Assembly (NCBI GenBank): GCA_949285455.1 | Contig: CASDXP010000003.1 | Location: 67,210-131,209, forward strand | Length of the DNA: 64,000 nt | DNA from: an uncultured bacterium | GTDB lineage: Bacteria; Bacillota_I; Bacilli_A; RFN20; CAG-826 | Direction of reading: 5' to 3' | Shown: in pieces, positions 43,500 to 52,826 of the stretch | Position numbering within the stretch: position 1 is the stretch's first letter | Layout: each line of letters starts with the position of its first letter | Notes under the pieces: generated by a model | What the model was told of the DNA's origin: nothing | Databases searched by the model: none | What the model saw: the letters and a program-made list of their open reading frames with translations, nothing else | Translations under genes and position numbers: made by a program

Positions 43500-43871
43500 T
43501 TAAAATGGAAGATTTCCACCATTATTTGCAGTTATAATTTCTAAAACTAAAGCTAAAATTAAAGTCGCTAAGGCCGCTAAAAATAAAGGCATACGAAACT
43601 TCCATGCTTGGTCTTTTTTATCTTGTGGAAGTTTTTCATTCCACTGCTTTGTCTTATGTCGATATTTACCGATAATAATTTCTCCACCCACAAAGCCAAT
43701 CAAGATAAAAATGAAGCCAAAAGCGCATAGCATGAAGATATAATTCCAAGGATTAACAGTTGGAAAACAATAGATGATAATAAAGTGTTGAACAAAAGAT
43801 ACACCAGCAGCCACCAAAATTAAGATGCTAGCGATGAGATACGTTTTCCAATTTTTTAAAGAAGTTTTCAT
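43500..43871 (-). CDS. Hypothetical 3-TM membrane protein
   Basis: 123 aa, three hydrophobic segments. Confidence 0.75.
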   Translation of the reverse strand: MKTSLKNWKTYLIASILILVAAGVSFVQHFIIIYCFPTVNPWNYIFMLCAFGFIFILIGFVGGEIIIGKYRHKTKQWNEKLPQDKKDQAWKFRMPLFLAALATLILALVLEIITANNGGNLPF

Positions 43872-43910
43872 ATCGTTTATTTTTACCGCATTAAATAATA
43901 TACTAAACGT

Positions 43911-44825
43911 ATGGCAAATCCAAATCTTAAAGAAAATAAAATTAAAAGAGCGTTCGCCTTACCACTGCGTGGAATCGTAAGAAGATTATCCCCTATTACT
44001 TATGTAAAATTACAATATCGATATATCACGCACCATAAACTCGATTTAAAAAATCCTGTTCGTTACACTGAAAAACTTCAATACCTTCGCCTCTTTGTCT
44101 ATCCGAACGATCAAAAATATTCTGATCTCGCTGGGCGAGTTCTAGTGAGAGAACACGTAAAGAAACTAGGATATGAAAATTTACTTATTCCTATCTATGG
44201 TGTATTCGATAAATTCGATGATATAGATTTCGATAAGTTACCTAAAAAATTCGTCATAAAATGTTCACACGCTTCAGGTTTTAATGAAATCGTTTTAGAC
44301 AAAGATAAAATTGATAAAAAAGCGTTGAAAAAAAGATTTGATAAATATCTTCGCACTGATAAAGGAAAAATTTGGGTCGAAAAACATTATTCGCATATCA
44401 AACCTCAAATTATCATCGAACAATATTTAGAAGAAAATGAAAGGCTACCCATCGAATATAAAATTCATGTTTTTAATGGCAAGGCCAAATATCTTTACGT
44501 CGTGAGAGACCGCGGTATCGATATTCGTTACGATAATCTTTACATCGATTGGTCGCGCTTTGATGGAGCCCAATTCAATGGTTGGAAAAAAGGCGATACG
44601 CCGCCAGAAAAGCCGCAAAACTTTGACGAATTAGTGAAAATAGCTGAAACTTTAGCTAAAAATGTCGTCTTTTGTCGTGTCGACTTATTTGACGTGAATG
44701 GGAAAATTTATTTTAACGAGATGACTTTTACTCCAGCGAAAGGAACGCTTATCTTCGATGATGATAAAGCCGACTTCGAAATAGGAAGATGGCTTGATAT
44801 AAGCAATTTTTTAAAAAAGAAATGA
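43911..44825 (+). CDS. TupA-like ATP-grasp protein (surface polysaccharide modification)
   Basis: NP..YTEKLQYL, LPKKFVIKCSH.SG, IIIEQYL, YKIHVFNG, RVDLF, FNEMTFTP. Confidence 0.9.
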   Translation: MANPNLKENKIKRAFALPLRGIVRRLSPITYVKLQYRYITHHKLDLKNPVRYTEKLQYLRLFVYPNDQKYSDLAGRVLVREHVKKLGYENLLIPIYGVFDKFDDIDFDKLPKKFVIKCSHASGFNEIVLDKDKIDKKALKKRFDKYLRTDKGKIWVEKHYSHIKPQIIIEQYLEENERLPIEYKIHVFNGKAKYLYVVRDRGIDIRYDNLYIDWSRFDGAQFNGWKKGDTPPEKPQNFDELVKIAETLAKNVVFCRVDLFDVNGKIYFNEMTFTPAKGTLIFDDDKADFEIGRWLDISNFLKKK

Positions 44826-44847
44826 GCCCGACATGGACTCATTTTTT
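44819..44847. terminator. Probable bidirectional terminator
   Basis: AAATGAGCCC-GACAT-GGACTCATTTTTT between convergent genes. Confidence 0.65.
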
Positions 44848-44869
44848 AAATACTATTTTCTTTTAAATT

Positions 44870-45808
44870 TTAATACCAATTTGCGAATGGGAAGTTTACT
44901 TCGTAAGCTAAGATGTTGAAAGTATCTAAACTGACACCTTCTGCTTGAGGAACATCCACTAGATCATAACGTAAGCCAAAACCGACGATACGGCTAGAAA
45001 TTTCTTGCATAGCTACGTCCGCATAAAAGCCAGCAAAGCAATAATCGCGATGTACATCGCCCATGTCAGCTTTGATGTTTAAATTGCTCAGTTTAAAAGC
45101 ATGTCGCACGTAAGGCTTTGAAGATGACGCATCCGCTCTAACATACAAATCAAAATATAGATCGATGACAAACGGCTTATCCCAACCCACAGTTCCATTA
45201 GATGTATTTGTCGCACCTCTTAAATTGAGAGCGAAGAAATTATTGAGCGACTTGCTATCAGAAACGCTAGGATTAGATGAGTGTAAACTTAACTCTTTTG
45301 GAAACTTCATGTTGAAGCCACCTTCTAAATTTTCATCTTCGATCATGTCGTTAGAGGCTTCATCATAAACGTAGCCATTTTCGGCAAATTGAATACGTCT
45401 AAAAACTCCTTCACCATCGCAGAAAATATAACCATCGAAAAGACGAGATAAAATACCAGTCGAAGCAAAAGATGGCTGAGCTCTAGTAATTTTCATCGTC
45501 GCACCATATTCTTTTCCATAATAGGATGGATTATTATAATAATCTTCTTCGTAACTTAAATCTTCGTATTTATTAAATTCATAGAAATTAGGATCGTTTA
45601 CACCCTTAAAGTAAGTTCCTTCTTCTAGCACATGTTCGATTGTATCGTATGTATCATTAGAAAAATCTTTTTCTTGGAAGATATTAAGTTTAAATTCTTC
45701 AACTGAAGTATGATTGTAATCCGTATTACTGTAAGTTTTAACACAGGAAGTTAAAGTTAATAATAGGGAAAAAGTTGAAACTAGAAAGATAACTTTATTA
45801 TTTTTCAT
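44870..45808 (-). CDS. Hypothetical lipoprotein
   Basis: Lipobox LTSC after MKNNK; start reassigned to ATG 45808 (GAGGAGG SD upstream). Confidence 0.75.
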   Translation of the reverse strand: MKNNKVIFLVSTFSLLLTLTSCVKTYSNTDYNHTSVEEFKLNIFQEKDFSNDTYDTIEHVLEEGTYFKGVNDPNFYEFNKYEDLSYEEDYYNNPSYYGKEYGATMKITRAQPSFASTGILSRLFDGYIFCDGEGVFRRIQFAENGYVYDEASNDMIEDENLEGGFNMKFPKELSLHSSNPSVSDSKSLNNFFALNLRGATNTSNGTVGWDKPFVIDLYFDLYVRADASSSKPYVRHAFKLSNLNIKADMGDVHRDYCFAGFYADVAMQEISSRIVGFGLRYDLVDVPQAEGVSLDTFNILAYEVNFPFANWY

Positions 45809-47279
45809 CACGTTTTTCCTCCTCAATTTCGCTAAAAATAGATTCACTTAAAGAAGATTCAATCTCCACAGCTTCTTCTTTATCCACTTGCATTTCATTA
45901 AGCTTTGCATCGTTTAATGGCGTAGCTTCTTTCAACTCTATTTCCTTTGCTTTTCTTGTATAAGTAAAGCTATAACCGATGAAGAAGAACGCTACCAAAG
46001 TAAGTGGGAAAGTTGAATATGACATATAACGTCCTTCGACAGTGTATGGAATGCTTTGATAGAAGAATAAAGTGTAAACAAAATAACTTGCGACGAATAA
46101 TACAATCATCATCCTAATGTGCATAGGTGCTTGATTAAACCTTAGATAACGTTGCAAAGAAATAAATGCAAAGACGATAAATATAAGAAGGGAGATGAAA
46201 GCGAAGAAGCCAGCTTCATTTATCACATCGAAAATAAATGAGCCTGTCCCATGACCATAAGTTCTAGTTGAGCCGAACAAGAAACCTATGACTCCACCAT
46301 TATTGAAATTAGAAATAGGATTGGAGAAATCTAACACTAATTTAATGTTTTGAGCGTAACGGTTTTCATTAAATAGATAGTTTAATAAACTATTTTCTGC
46401 AATAAAAGATTTGATAGACGCAAAAGAGTTTCCCGTTTGAGCGTTCATAATTAAGATGACGAAAACGATGAGGAAGACCGCTAAGACTAAAATAGCAAGA
46501 ATATTAACAATCCATCGTCCAATATTATTTTTCTTCACGAAGCGAACGTAAAGAGCAAAAAGTAATCCAACAAATAAAACAATTAAAGCTTTAATAGAGG
46601 GGATAAAAACAAGACTAAGAAGTCCTAAACCACCAAAGATGGCGAATAGGACAAACCTTTTTAAATTCTTGCGCGGGGAGATAAATAATAAAGCCGGAAG
46701 ACAAGACGCTAAGACGAGAGCGTAGACATTGACGAAATCGATATCCATCATCTGAGCGTTGGTGATTTGAGAAATCCATAAGCCGATGTCAGAAAGAAGT
46801 AACATCTCACCATCATAATAAATATAACGACCCGCATATATTTGAGCGTAAAATGGTCCATAGTTCGCTAAAGTGACGATTAAAGAGATAGAAGTAATGA
46901 ACGCTAAAGCGCCAAACAAGACGAGCAGGGCTGTTTCCATCTTAAAATCTTTATCTTGTTTTAGTGAAATACCAGCGAAGATAAATGATAATGGTCCAAC
47001 AAATGATACGAGGATAGATAAAATATTAGAGTTAGAGATAAAGAAGCGTGAAAAAGCTGAAAATGCAATGTAGAGAATAAAAGGAATAGTAAATAGCAAT
47101 AATGCGATTTTATCTTTCTTTTTAAAAAGGATGACGTAAGGAATTAAAAATATCGCACCGAGGAAACCTAATATCGTCCAAATTTCAGAAAAATCGCCTA
47201 GATTAATTGCTACTAAAGCTAAAATTTCCATGAAGAGGAAGCCAATAAATGAGCCGTTTCGTTTAATAAAACTTAGCAT
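45798..47279 (-). CDS. Polytopic membrane protein, possibly Wzy/O-antigen ligase-like
   Basis: About 12 TM helices with a large late extracellular loop followed by G.GS..FD...E.G. Family tentative. Confidence 0.5.
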   Translation of the reverse strand: MLSFIKRNGSFIGFLFMEILALVAINLGDFSEIWTILGFLGAIFLIPYVILFKKKDKIALLLFTIPFILYIAFSAFSRFFISNSNILSILVSFVGPLSFIFAGISLKQDKDFKMETALLVLFGALAFITSISLIVTLANYGPFYAQIYAGRYIYYDGEMLLLSDIGLWISQITNAQMMDIDFVNVYALVLASCLPALLFISPRKNLKRFVLFAIFGGLGLLSLVFIPSIKALIVLFVGLLFALYVRFVKKNNIGRWIVNILAILVLAVFLIVFVILIMNAQTGNSFASIKSFIAENSLLNYLFNENRYAQNIKLVLDFSNPISNFNNGGVIGFLFGSTRTYGHGTGSFIFDVINEAGFFAFISLLIFIVFAFISLQRYLRFNQAPMHIRMMIVLFVASYFVYTLFFYQSIPYTVEGRYMSYSTFPLTLVAFFFIGYSFTYTRKAKEIELKEATPLNDAKLNEMQVDKEEAVEIESSLSESIFSEIEEEKRDEK

Positions 47280-47338
47280 ATTAATACCTCATTTTTTTTT
47301 ATTTTTTAATCATATCACAAATATATTGTAAACATTAA

Positions 47339-47539
47339 CTAAAAGAAACGACGATCAGCTTTATGACGAAAATAAATCTCCTGCATCCTTTTTAAAGAAA
47401 CTTTATTCTTACCTTTTTCTAACGTTGGATCTGCTTCTTGTTTCAAATCCACTTGCCAACCACAAACTGGGCAAAATCCCGTCAAAGCTCCTTCGTTTCG
47501 TGTAAATTCACCACAACATGGACAAGGTTTTAAAGGCAT
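47339..47539 (-). CDS. CPCC-family cysteine-rich protein
   Basis: CPCCG...CPVCGW..D...N.VSL. Confidence 0.85.
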   Translation of the reverse strand: MPLKPCPCCGEFTRNEGALTGFCPVCGWQVDLKQEADPTLEKGKNKVSLKRMQEIYFRHKADRRFF

Positions 47540-47542
47540 AAA

Positions 47543-48427
47543 TTATTCTTCTTCCTCAAGATATTTTTTAATCTCTTCTAGTTTATTCTTTGCGTCATTT
47601 TTTCCCATCTCATAAGTAAAATCTAAATTCTTTTCATCCTTATCGCTTGCTAAAACGCTATTGATAGAAGGGATAGGTCTTGAAGGAGCGATGAGCAACA
47701 ACTTACCTTCACTTTCGAATTTATAAAGTTCTTCGAGATTTTTATTATATTGGATAGGATAATTATAAATTCTTGAAGAGAAATTAGGATATTTTGCAAA
47801 ATGTAAAGTTGTGAACTTTGTCATTTTAGAATTTTGTTTTTTCTCTACATCCGCGCGATAACTACGATCGCGTGTCGAGACGACGACGACTTTACTCGCA
47901 CCATCTTCAATCGCTTTTTTGAAAGGGATGCCATCCGCATAACCACCATCGAGATAATAATCATCACCAATCTTTACTTTTTGGGAGACAATAGCGATGC
48001 TACTAGAAGCTTTAGAAGCAAGAAACATATCATCATTTTTATAATTATAAAAATAATTTGCCTCACCTGTTCTTAAATTCGTTGCCACATAACAAATTTC
48101 TACTTTTGTATTTTTAAAGGTTTCAAAATCAAATGGCCATTCATCATTAAGATATTCGTAGAACATATATTGAAAATTAAAGAAACTACGACATTTAACT
48201 AAATTTAGGATGGAAGCAAGTTTATGATTGCTAAGTGAATCTTTCAATAAACGATACGAACGTCCCTTTTGCTTAGTTACATAAGAAAAAGTGCATAGGG
48301 AACCGGCACTGACACCGATGATGTAATCAAATTCTACACCTTCTTCTAAGAAAGCATCTAATACCCCTGCACTATAAGCGCAGCGAAGCGCTCCACCTTG
48401 TAATACTAAAGCTCGTTTTTCTTTCAT
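47543..48427 (-). CDS. Patatin-like phospholipase
   Basis: GGALR, GVSAG, DGG motifs. Confidence 0.92.
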   Translation of the reverse strand: MKEKRALVLQGGALRCAYSAGVLDAFLEEGVEFDYIIGVSAGSLCTFSYVTKQKGRSYRLLKDSLSNHKLASILNLVKCRSFFNFQYMFYEYLNDEWPFDFETFKNTKVEICYVATNLRTGEANYFYNYKNDDMFLASKASSSIAIVSQKVKIGDDYYLDGGYADGIPFKKAIEDGASKVVVVSTRDRSYRADVEKKQNSKMTKFTTLHFAKYPNFSSRIYNYPIQYNKNLEELYKFESEGKLLLIAPSRPIPSINSVLASDKDEKNLDFTYEMGKNDAKNKLEEIKKYLEEEE

Positions 48428-49707
48428 AAACTAATTTGTTTTAAAATCATCGGTCCTAAAACATCGATTTCATCATTATTGCCGACGTTAATTATATTAT
48501 GTGTTGGATTTAATAAATCAATATATTTACCACGTGGAATTTTAACTTTTTGCATTTCATTAGAAAAATTAAATAGACCATAGAATCTCGTCTTAGGGGC
48601 AAAGCCTGTCGCTAATACAAAGTTTTTAAGAGGTGTTTTAATAAAACAGAACTCATCTAATTTGCGATAATCTTTGCTCTTCTTAATGCGAATTAATTTC
48701 TTTATAAAGTTATAGAAGTTTTTATCTCCACTTCTTTTAATTGTTCTTTTTTCAAATAAAGGCGGTCTAACATCATCTTCATATTCTTCACCAGCGTATA
48801 AGAAAGTTACACCTTTGATGAAAAAATTATAGGCGGTTATACTTTTTAAGGCGTTGCCAGAAAAATATTTAGCGATACGTTCAGTGTCGTGATTTTCTAA
48901 ACAATTTAATTTTAAGAAATCTTCAGGATAAGTTTTTTCTTGTTCATCGATCGTTTTGAGCACGCGCTGTAATGTGTCTTGATCTTTATGTTCAAAATAA
49001 TGCATGAAGTCGAAAAGATAATTGTAGTTATATGTCGCATCAAAAGTTGGGAATAAATTGACATCTTCCTCACAATAATAGCCTTGAGAATGGAGATGTT
49101 CGATAAAATCAGGAGCGACACTTTCACCAATAAAAATAACTCTTTTGCCTAATTCCTTTCTCGCTCTCTTAAAAAATTTAAGAGGTATTAAAGAACAGAC
49201 ATCGAATCTAAAGCCATCAATTTTCAACTTACGATAGAATTTTAAAACCCCTAGTAAGTAAGATAAAACTTCTTCGTTTTCTAAATCTAGATCCATGACG
49301 TCAGACCAATCACCAACGCGATTAGCCTTCCCACCTTTTGAAATTAAATAATATTCTGGATGTTCTTTATATAACTTCGCGTCTCTAGAAGTATGATTAA
49401 AAACCATATCTAAGATAACTTTCATCTTCAAAGAATGCGCCTTTTCCACGAGAGATGATAAATCATCTAATGTACCTAAATCAGGTGATACTTCTAAATA
49501 ATTTTCTATCGAATATGGGCTGCCATATTTGCCCTTACGATTAAGTTTTCCAATAGGGTGGATTGGTAATAAATAAATAATATCGATACCTAAAGCTTTA
49601 ATTCTTTCTAAATCGTTTTCTACTGCTTTAAGCGTTCCTTCATCCGAATAATTTCTGGGAAAAATTTGATAGACCACTCTCGATTTTAAATAATTGTAAT
49701 TACGCAT
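48424..49707 (-). CDS. GH13 alpha-amylase family glycosidase
   Basis: DMVFNH, DGFRFDV, IGES, LENHD conserved regions I-IV. Confidence 0.93.
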   Translation of the reverse strand: MRNYNYLKSRVVYQIFPRNYSDEGTLKAVENDLERIKALGIDIIYLLPIHPIGKLNRKGKYGSPYSIENYLEVSPDLGTLDDLSSLVEKAHSLKMKVILDMVFNHTSRDAKLYKEHPEYYLISKGGKANRVGDWSDVMDLDLENEEVLSYLLGVLKFYRKLKIDGFRFDVCSLIPLKFFKRARKELGKRVIFIGESVAPDFIEHLHSQGYYCEEDVNLFPTFDATYNYNYLFDFMHYFEHKDQDTLQRVLKTIDEQEKTYPEDFLKLNCLENHDTERIAKYFSGNALKSITAYNFFIKGVTFLYAGEEYEDDVRPPLFEKRTIKRSGDKNFYNFIKKLIRIKKSKDYRKLDEFCFIKTPLKNFVLATGFAPKTRFYGLFNFSNEMQKVKIPRGKYIDLLNPTHNIINVGNNDEIDVLGPMILKQISL

Positions 49708-49860
49708 AATACATCAACCTTTCAATAATTTATAATCATCGATATATCTGATAATAATTTACACTATATTTAATTTATAAAAAAGTCATAAAATTGTGTA
49801 AACATTTTTTCTTAATAAAGCTATAATTTAAAAGTATTTTAAAAATGGGGAGAATAATAC

Positions 49861-50376
49861 ATGAAAACACTCATCGTCTTAAGTGCCTTACCCGGTGCAG
49901 GAAAATCAACTTATTCAGAACAATTTAGAAGGACGCATAAAAATGTCTACGTCGTCTCAAGCGATGAAATACGTAAAGAACTAACTGGTGAATATCAAAA
50001 CTTCACGATGGAAAAAGAAGTTTGGGAGACGTATTTAAAAAGATTAAATGAATATGCTTTAAAAGATTTAGATGATTTAACCGTCATCGCAGATGCGACG
50101 AATCCGACGAACTATTTTAGAAAATATTATTACGAAAATACATTTAACTACGATGAGAAAATTCTCGTTTGCATCTTCAAACCTTGGGAACTTCTTCTCA
50201 AACAAAACATGATGAGAAATGAGAAGAAAATTGTTCCGATGCATGCGATGGAAAAATTAAGAGCAGAATGGGAAGATCCAAATGACGAAATAATTGGACT
50301 ATACGATCAATATCTAAGAATCAATCGTTGGTTCTCTTCAGATAAAGTACCACAAAAATTTTATTATAAGGATTAG
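49861..50376 (+). CDS. P-loop kinase (AAA_33/PNK-like)
   Basis: ALPGAGKST, SSDEIR, IADATN. Confidence 0.85.
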   Translation: MKTLIVLSALPGAGKSTYSEQFRRTHKNVYVVSSDEIRKELTGEYQNFTMEKEVWETYLKRLNEYALKDLDDLTVIADATNPTNYFRKYYYENTFNYDEKILVCIFKPWELLLKQNMMRNEKKIVPMHAMEKLRAEWEDPNDEIIGLYDQYLRINRWFSSDKVPQKFYYKD

Positions 50377-50382
50377 TAAACT

Positions 50383-51105
50383 ATGGATTATCGTACATTC
50401 GAAAAAAAATATGTTCCTATTCAAAATGTCTTAGATTGTTACGATTATCTTTCCCCATGTGGCATTTTAGATATCGTTCAAGATATCGCTGGTCGACATG
50501 CGAACGCTTTAAATATCGGTTTTTATGATTTAATTAAAAAAGATATTACTTGGGTAATCGCACGAACAAAAATTGAAGTATTAGATTTTCCTAAATATGC
50601 AACTGATATCTTAGTAAAAACTTGGCCTCGTCGCCCTGGGCGATTCGATTGCGACCGTGACTATCAAATTATCGATGAAGACGGTAAGGTGTGCGTCAAA
50701 GTTACATCTAAATGGGTCGTCATCAACATCAAGACACGCAGAATGGTTTCCCCTAATGACATATTTGACCGCGATGGGATATATGAAGATGAAGTTAACT
50801 TCGAGAGCGTTAATGGGTTACGTTTCACACTTGATAGAATAGATATTCATTATCCAGTTAAAGTCACGATGACTATGCTAGATCATAATATGCACATGAA
50901 CAATTCTCGTTACGGTGAAATAATTTATGATGCCCTAAAATTAAAAGAAGATGAAGTCATTAAAACGTTTGAAATAAATTATCATAAAGAATGTCGTTTA
51001 GATGATGAATTAAACGTTTTAATTAAAAGAGAAAATAAAGAAATTTTTATCGACATTAAAAAAGATGATGAATTGAAAGCCAAAGCTTACATCACCTTAT
51101 TTTAA
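50383..51105 (+). CDS. Acyl-ACP thioesterase
   Basis: Double hotdog fold; WVIAR, TWP, LDHNMHMNN..Y, Y.KEC. Confidence 0.9.
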   Translation: MDYRTFEKKYVPIQNVLDCYDYLSPCGILDIVQDIAGRHANALNIGFYDLIKKDITWVIARTKIEVLDFPKYATDILVKTWPRRPGRFDCDRDYQIIDEDGKVCVKVTSKWVVINIKTRRMVSPNDIFDRDGIYEDEVNFESVNGLRFTLDRIDIHYPVKVTMTMLDHNMHMNNSRYGEIIYDALKLKEDEVIKTFEINYHKECRLDDELNVLIKRENKEIFIDIKKDDELKAKAYITLF

Positions 51106-51449
51106 AAACATTCTTTTATTTCAATATTTCTTATATTTTTAAATAGAATTCGATGATTAATTGTATAGATAAGTTTTAAATAATTATCTATTTTCGTGAC
51201 GACCTCATCAATCGTATAATACCTTTCATCTTCCTTATTAAAATAAGTAACTTCTATACGCATCCCAGGACGAATAAAATGTAAAATTTCATCAATTTCT
51301 TGGGCTTTTTCTTCCAAGATAATAGTGGGCACGTCTTTTTTAATTTCTGCTTCTTTTAAAGCCTCATGAAAAGATGATAAAGATTCGAATGGCAAAAATA
51401 TTTTGGCACGTATATGATTAGGCATCTTCCCCACTGGCGTGTCCTCCAA
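51102..51449 (-). CDS. YolD-like protein
   Basis: RAKIFLPF..L..F..AL motif; overlaps the end of the Y-family polymerase. Confidence 0.8.
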   Translation of the reverse strand: MEDTPVGKMPNHIRAKIFLPFESLSSFHEALKEAEIKKDVPTIILEEKAQEIDEILHFIRPGMRIEVTYFNKEDERYYTIDEVVTKIDNYLKLIYTINHRILFKNIRNIEIKECF

Positions 51450-52701
51450 TAAGTTTATTTCTCGTTATACCAGTCGCGTTATTTAATAGATTTATACCAC
51501 GTAAAATCGCATTTTTACCAAATTTATCACGAATTTTATTCATCGTCTTTTCCAATTGAACTTCTTTTACTTCCGCTTCATCGCTAAAGAATAAATTAGA
51601 GGTAATATCGCTTTCTTCATAGATTGAAGATAATCCGAGATGAATCGATCTAATAGTGCGAGATTTATCTACCTTTAACGCAAATAATTCTAAGAAAAAA
51701 TATTTTAGCCTATCATAAGTTTGAGAGATGATTGGTAAAACTTTTGTGCCGCCGCTAGAAAGAGGTAGCCCATTAGAGTAACCAACGTATAAAGAAATAC
51801 TTCGACAAGCTTTATGAGCTTTATTAATACGTAACGATAATTCATTTACCATTTCTAACATCACCACTTTAGCATCATCGTAACTATAATCTTTAAAAAG
51901 GATTTGCGAAGAAGAAAATGATTTGGCTTGAGGAACATAGTTTTTAATATCTTTCATCGTCACGCTTTCTTTTCCATAAGCGTGATCAATCAAAAGTTCT
52001 GCATCCACCCCAAATTCTTTATAAAGTAAAGATTCATCCGCTTCGCGTATAGCTTTTAAAGTAGTGATACCGAATTTGTTTTTTAGCCTATTCGCGATGC
52101 CGTTTGCGATCATCCAAAAATCAGTTATAGGTGTGTGTTCGTTTAATTGTTTCACATATTTATTTTCATCTAAAAAATATACACCATTACGTTCTTTTTT
52201 GGCATAGATATCTAAAGCGATTTTAGCAAGATATAAATTTGTTCCTATTCCACACGTCGCCATTAAACCAATTTCATCTTTAATCTTATCAATTAAAAAA
52301 GACGCAAATTGTTCTTTATTCATACGATATAAAGATAAGTATTTGCTCACATCTAAAAACATTTCATCGATCGAATAGACGTGTATATCTTCCTTAGCGA
52401 TATATCGTTGATATAACTTATATATTCTTACAGCATAATCGATATATAACTTCATCTGTGGCTTTGCGATAATATATTTCTTCTCTTTTGGTATTTCAAA
52501 TAAACGGCAACGATTTTTGACCCCTTCTTTTTTAAGATGATAAGATACTGCGAGACAAAGCGCGCCTTTTCCTCGACTTACATCCGCCACAACAAGATTT
52601 TCTTCAAGCGGATTTAAATCTCTTTCAACACATTCACAAGACGCATAAAAAGATCTTAAATCGATACAAAAATATATTTTACTTTCTATTGAATCTTTCA
52701 T
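51418..52701 (-). CDS. Y-family error-prone DNA polymerase (UvrX/UmuC-like)
   Basis: CIDLRSFYAS.EC, YSIDE.FLD, GIGTNLYLAK, IR.KFGKNAIL, IGGH. Confidence 0.92.
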   Translation of the reverse strand: MKDSIESKIYFCIDLRSFYASCECVERDLNPLEENLVVADVSRGKGALCLAVSYHLKKEGVKNRCRLFEIPKEKKYIIAKPQMKLYIDYAVRIYKLYQRYIAKEDIHVYSIDEMFLDVSKYLSLYRMNKEQFASFLIDKIKDEIGLMATCGIGTNLYLAKIALDIYAKKERNGVYFLDENKYVKQLNEHTPITDFWMIANGIANRLKNKFGITTLKAIREADESLLYKEFGVDAELLIDHAYGKESVTMKDIKNYVPQAKSFSSSQILFKDYSYDDAKVVMLEMVNELSLRINKAHKACRSISLYVGYSNGLPLSSGGTKVLPIISQTYDRLKYFFLELFALKVDKSRTIRSIHLGLSSIYEESDITSNLFFSDEAEVKEVQLEKTMNKIRDKFGKNAILRGINLLNNATGITRNKLIGGHASGEDA

Positions 52702-52826
52702 CGCTTTATTACCTCTAAGGTAGGTGCTTATAGTCTAGTAAGTAAATATTAATCAACAAAGAAAAATACTTGTGATATTTAGACGTTGTCTAATTTTCAA
52801 AATTGTCAATATAAATAATTAATTTT

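Noticed and set aside
47328..49810. cre-like sites TGTAAACATT at ~47328 and ~49797
   Set aside because: They lack the central CG of cre and are equally explained as minus-strand TTTACA -35-like hexamers or AT-rich chance.
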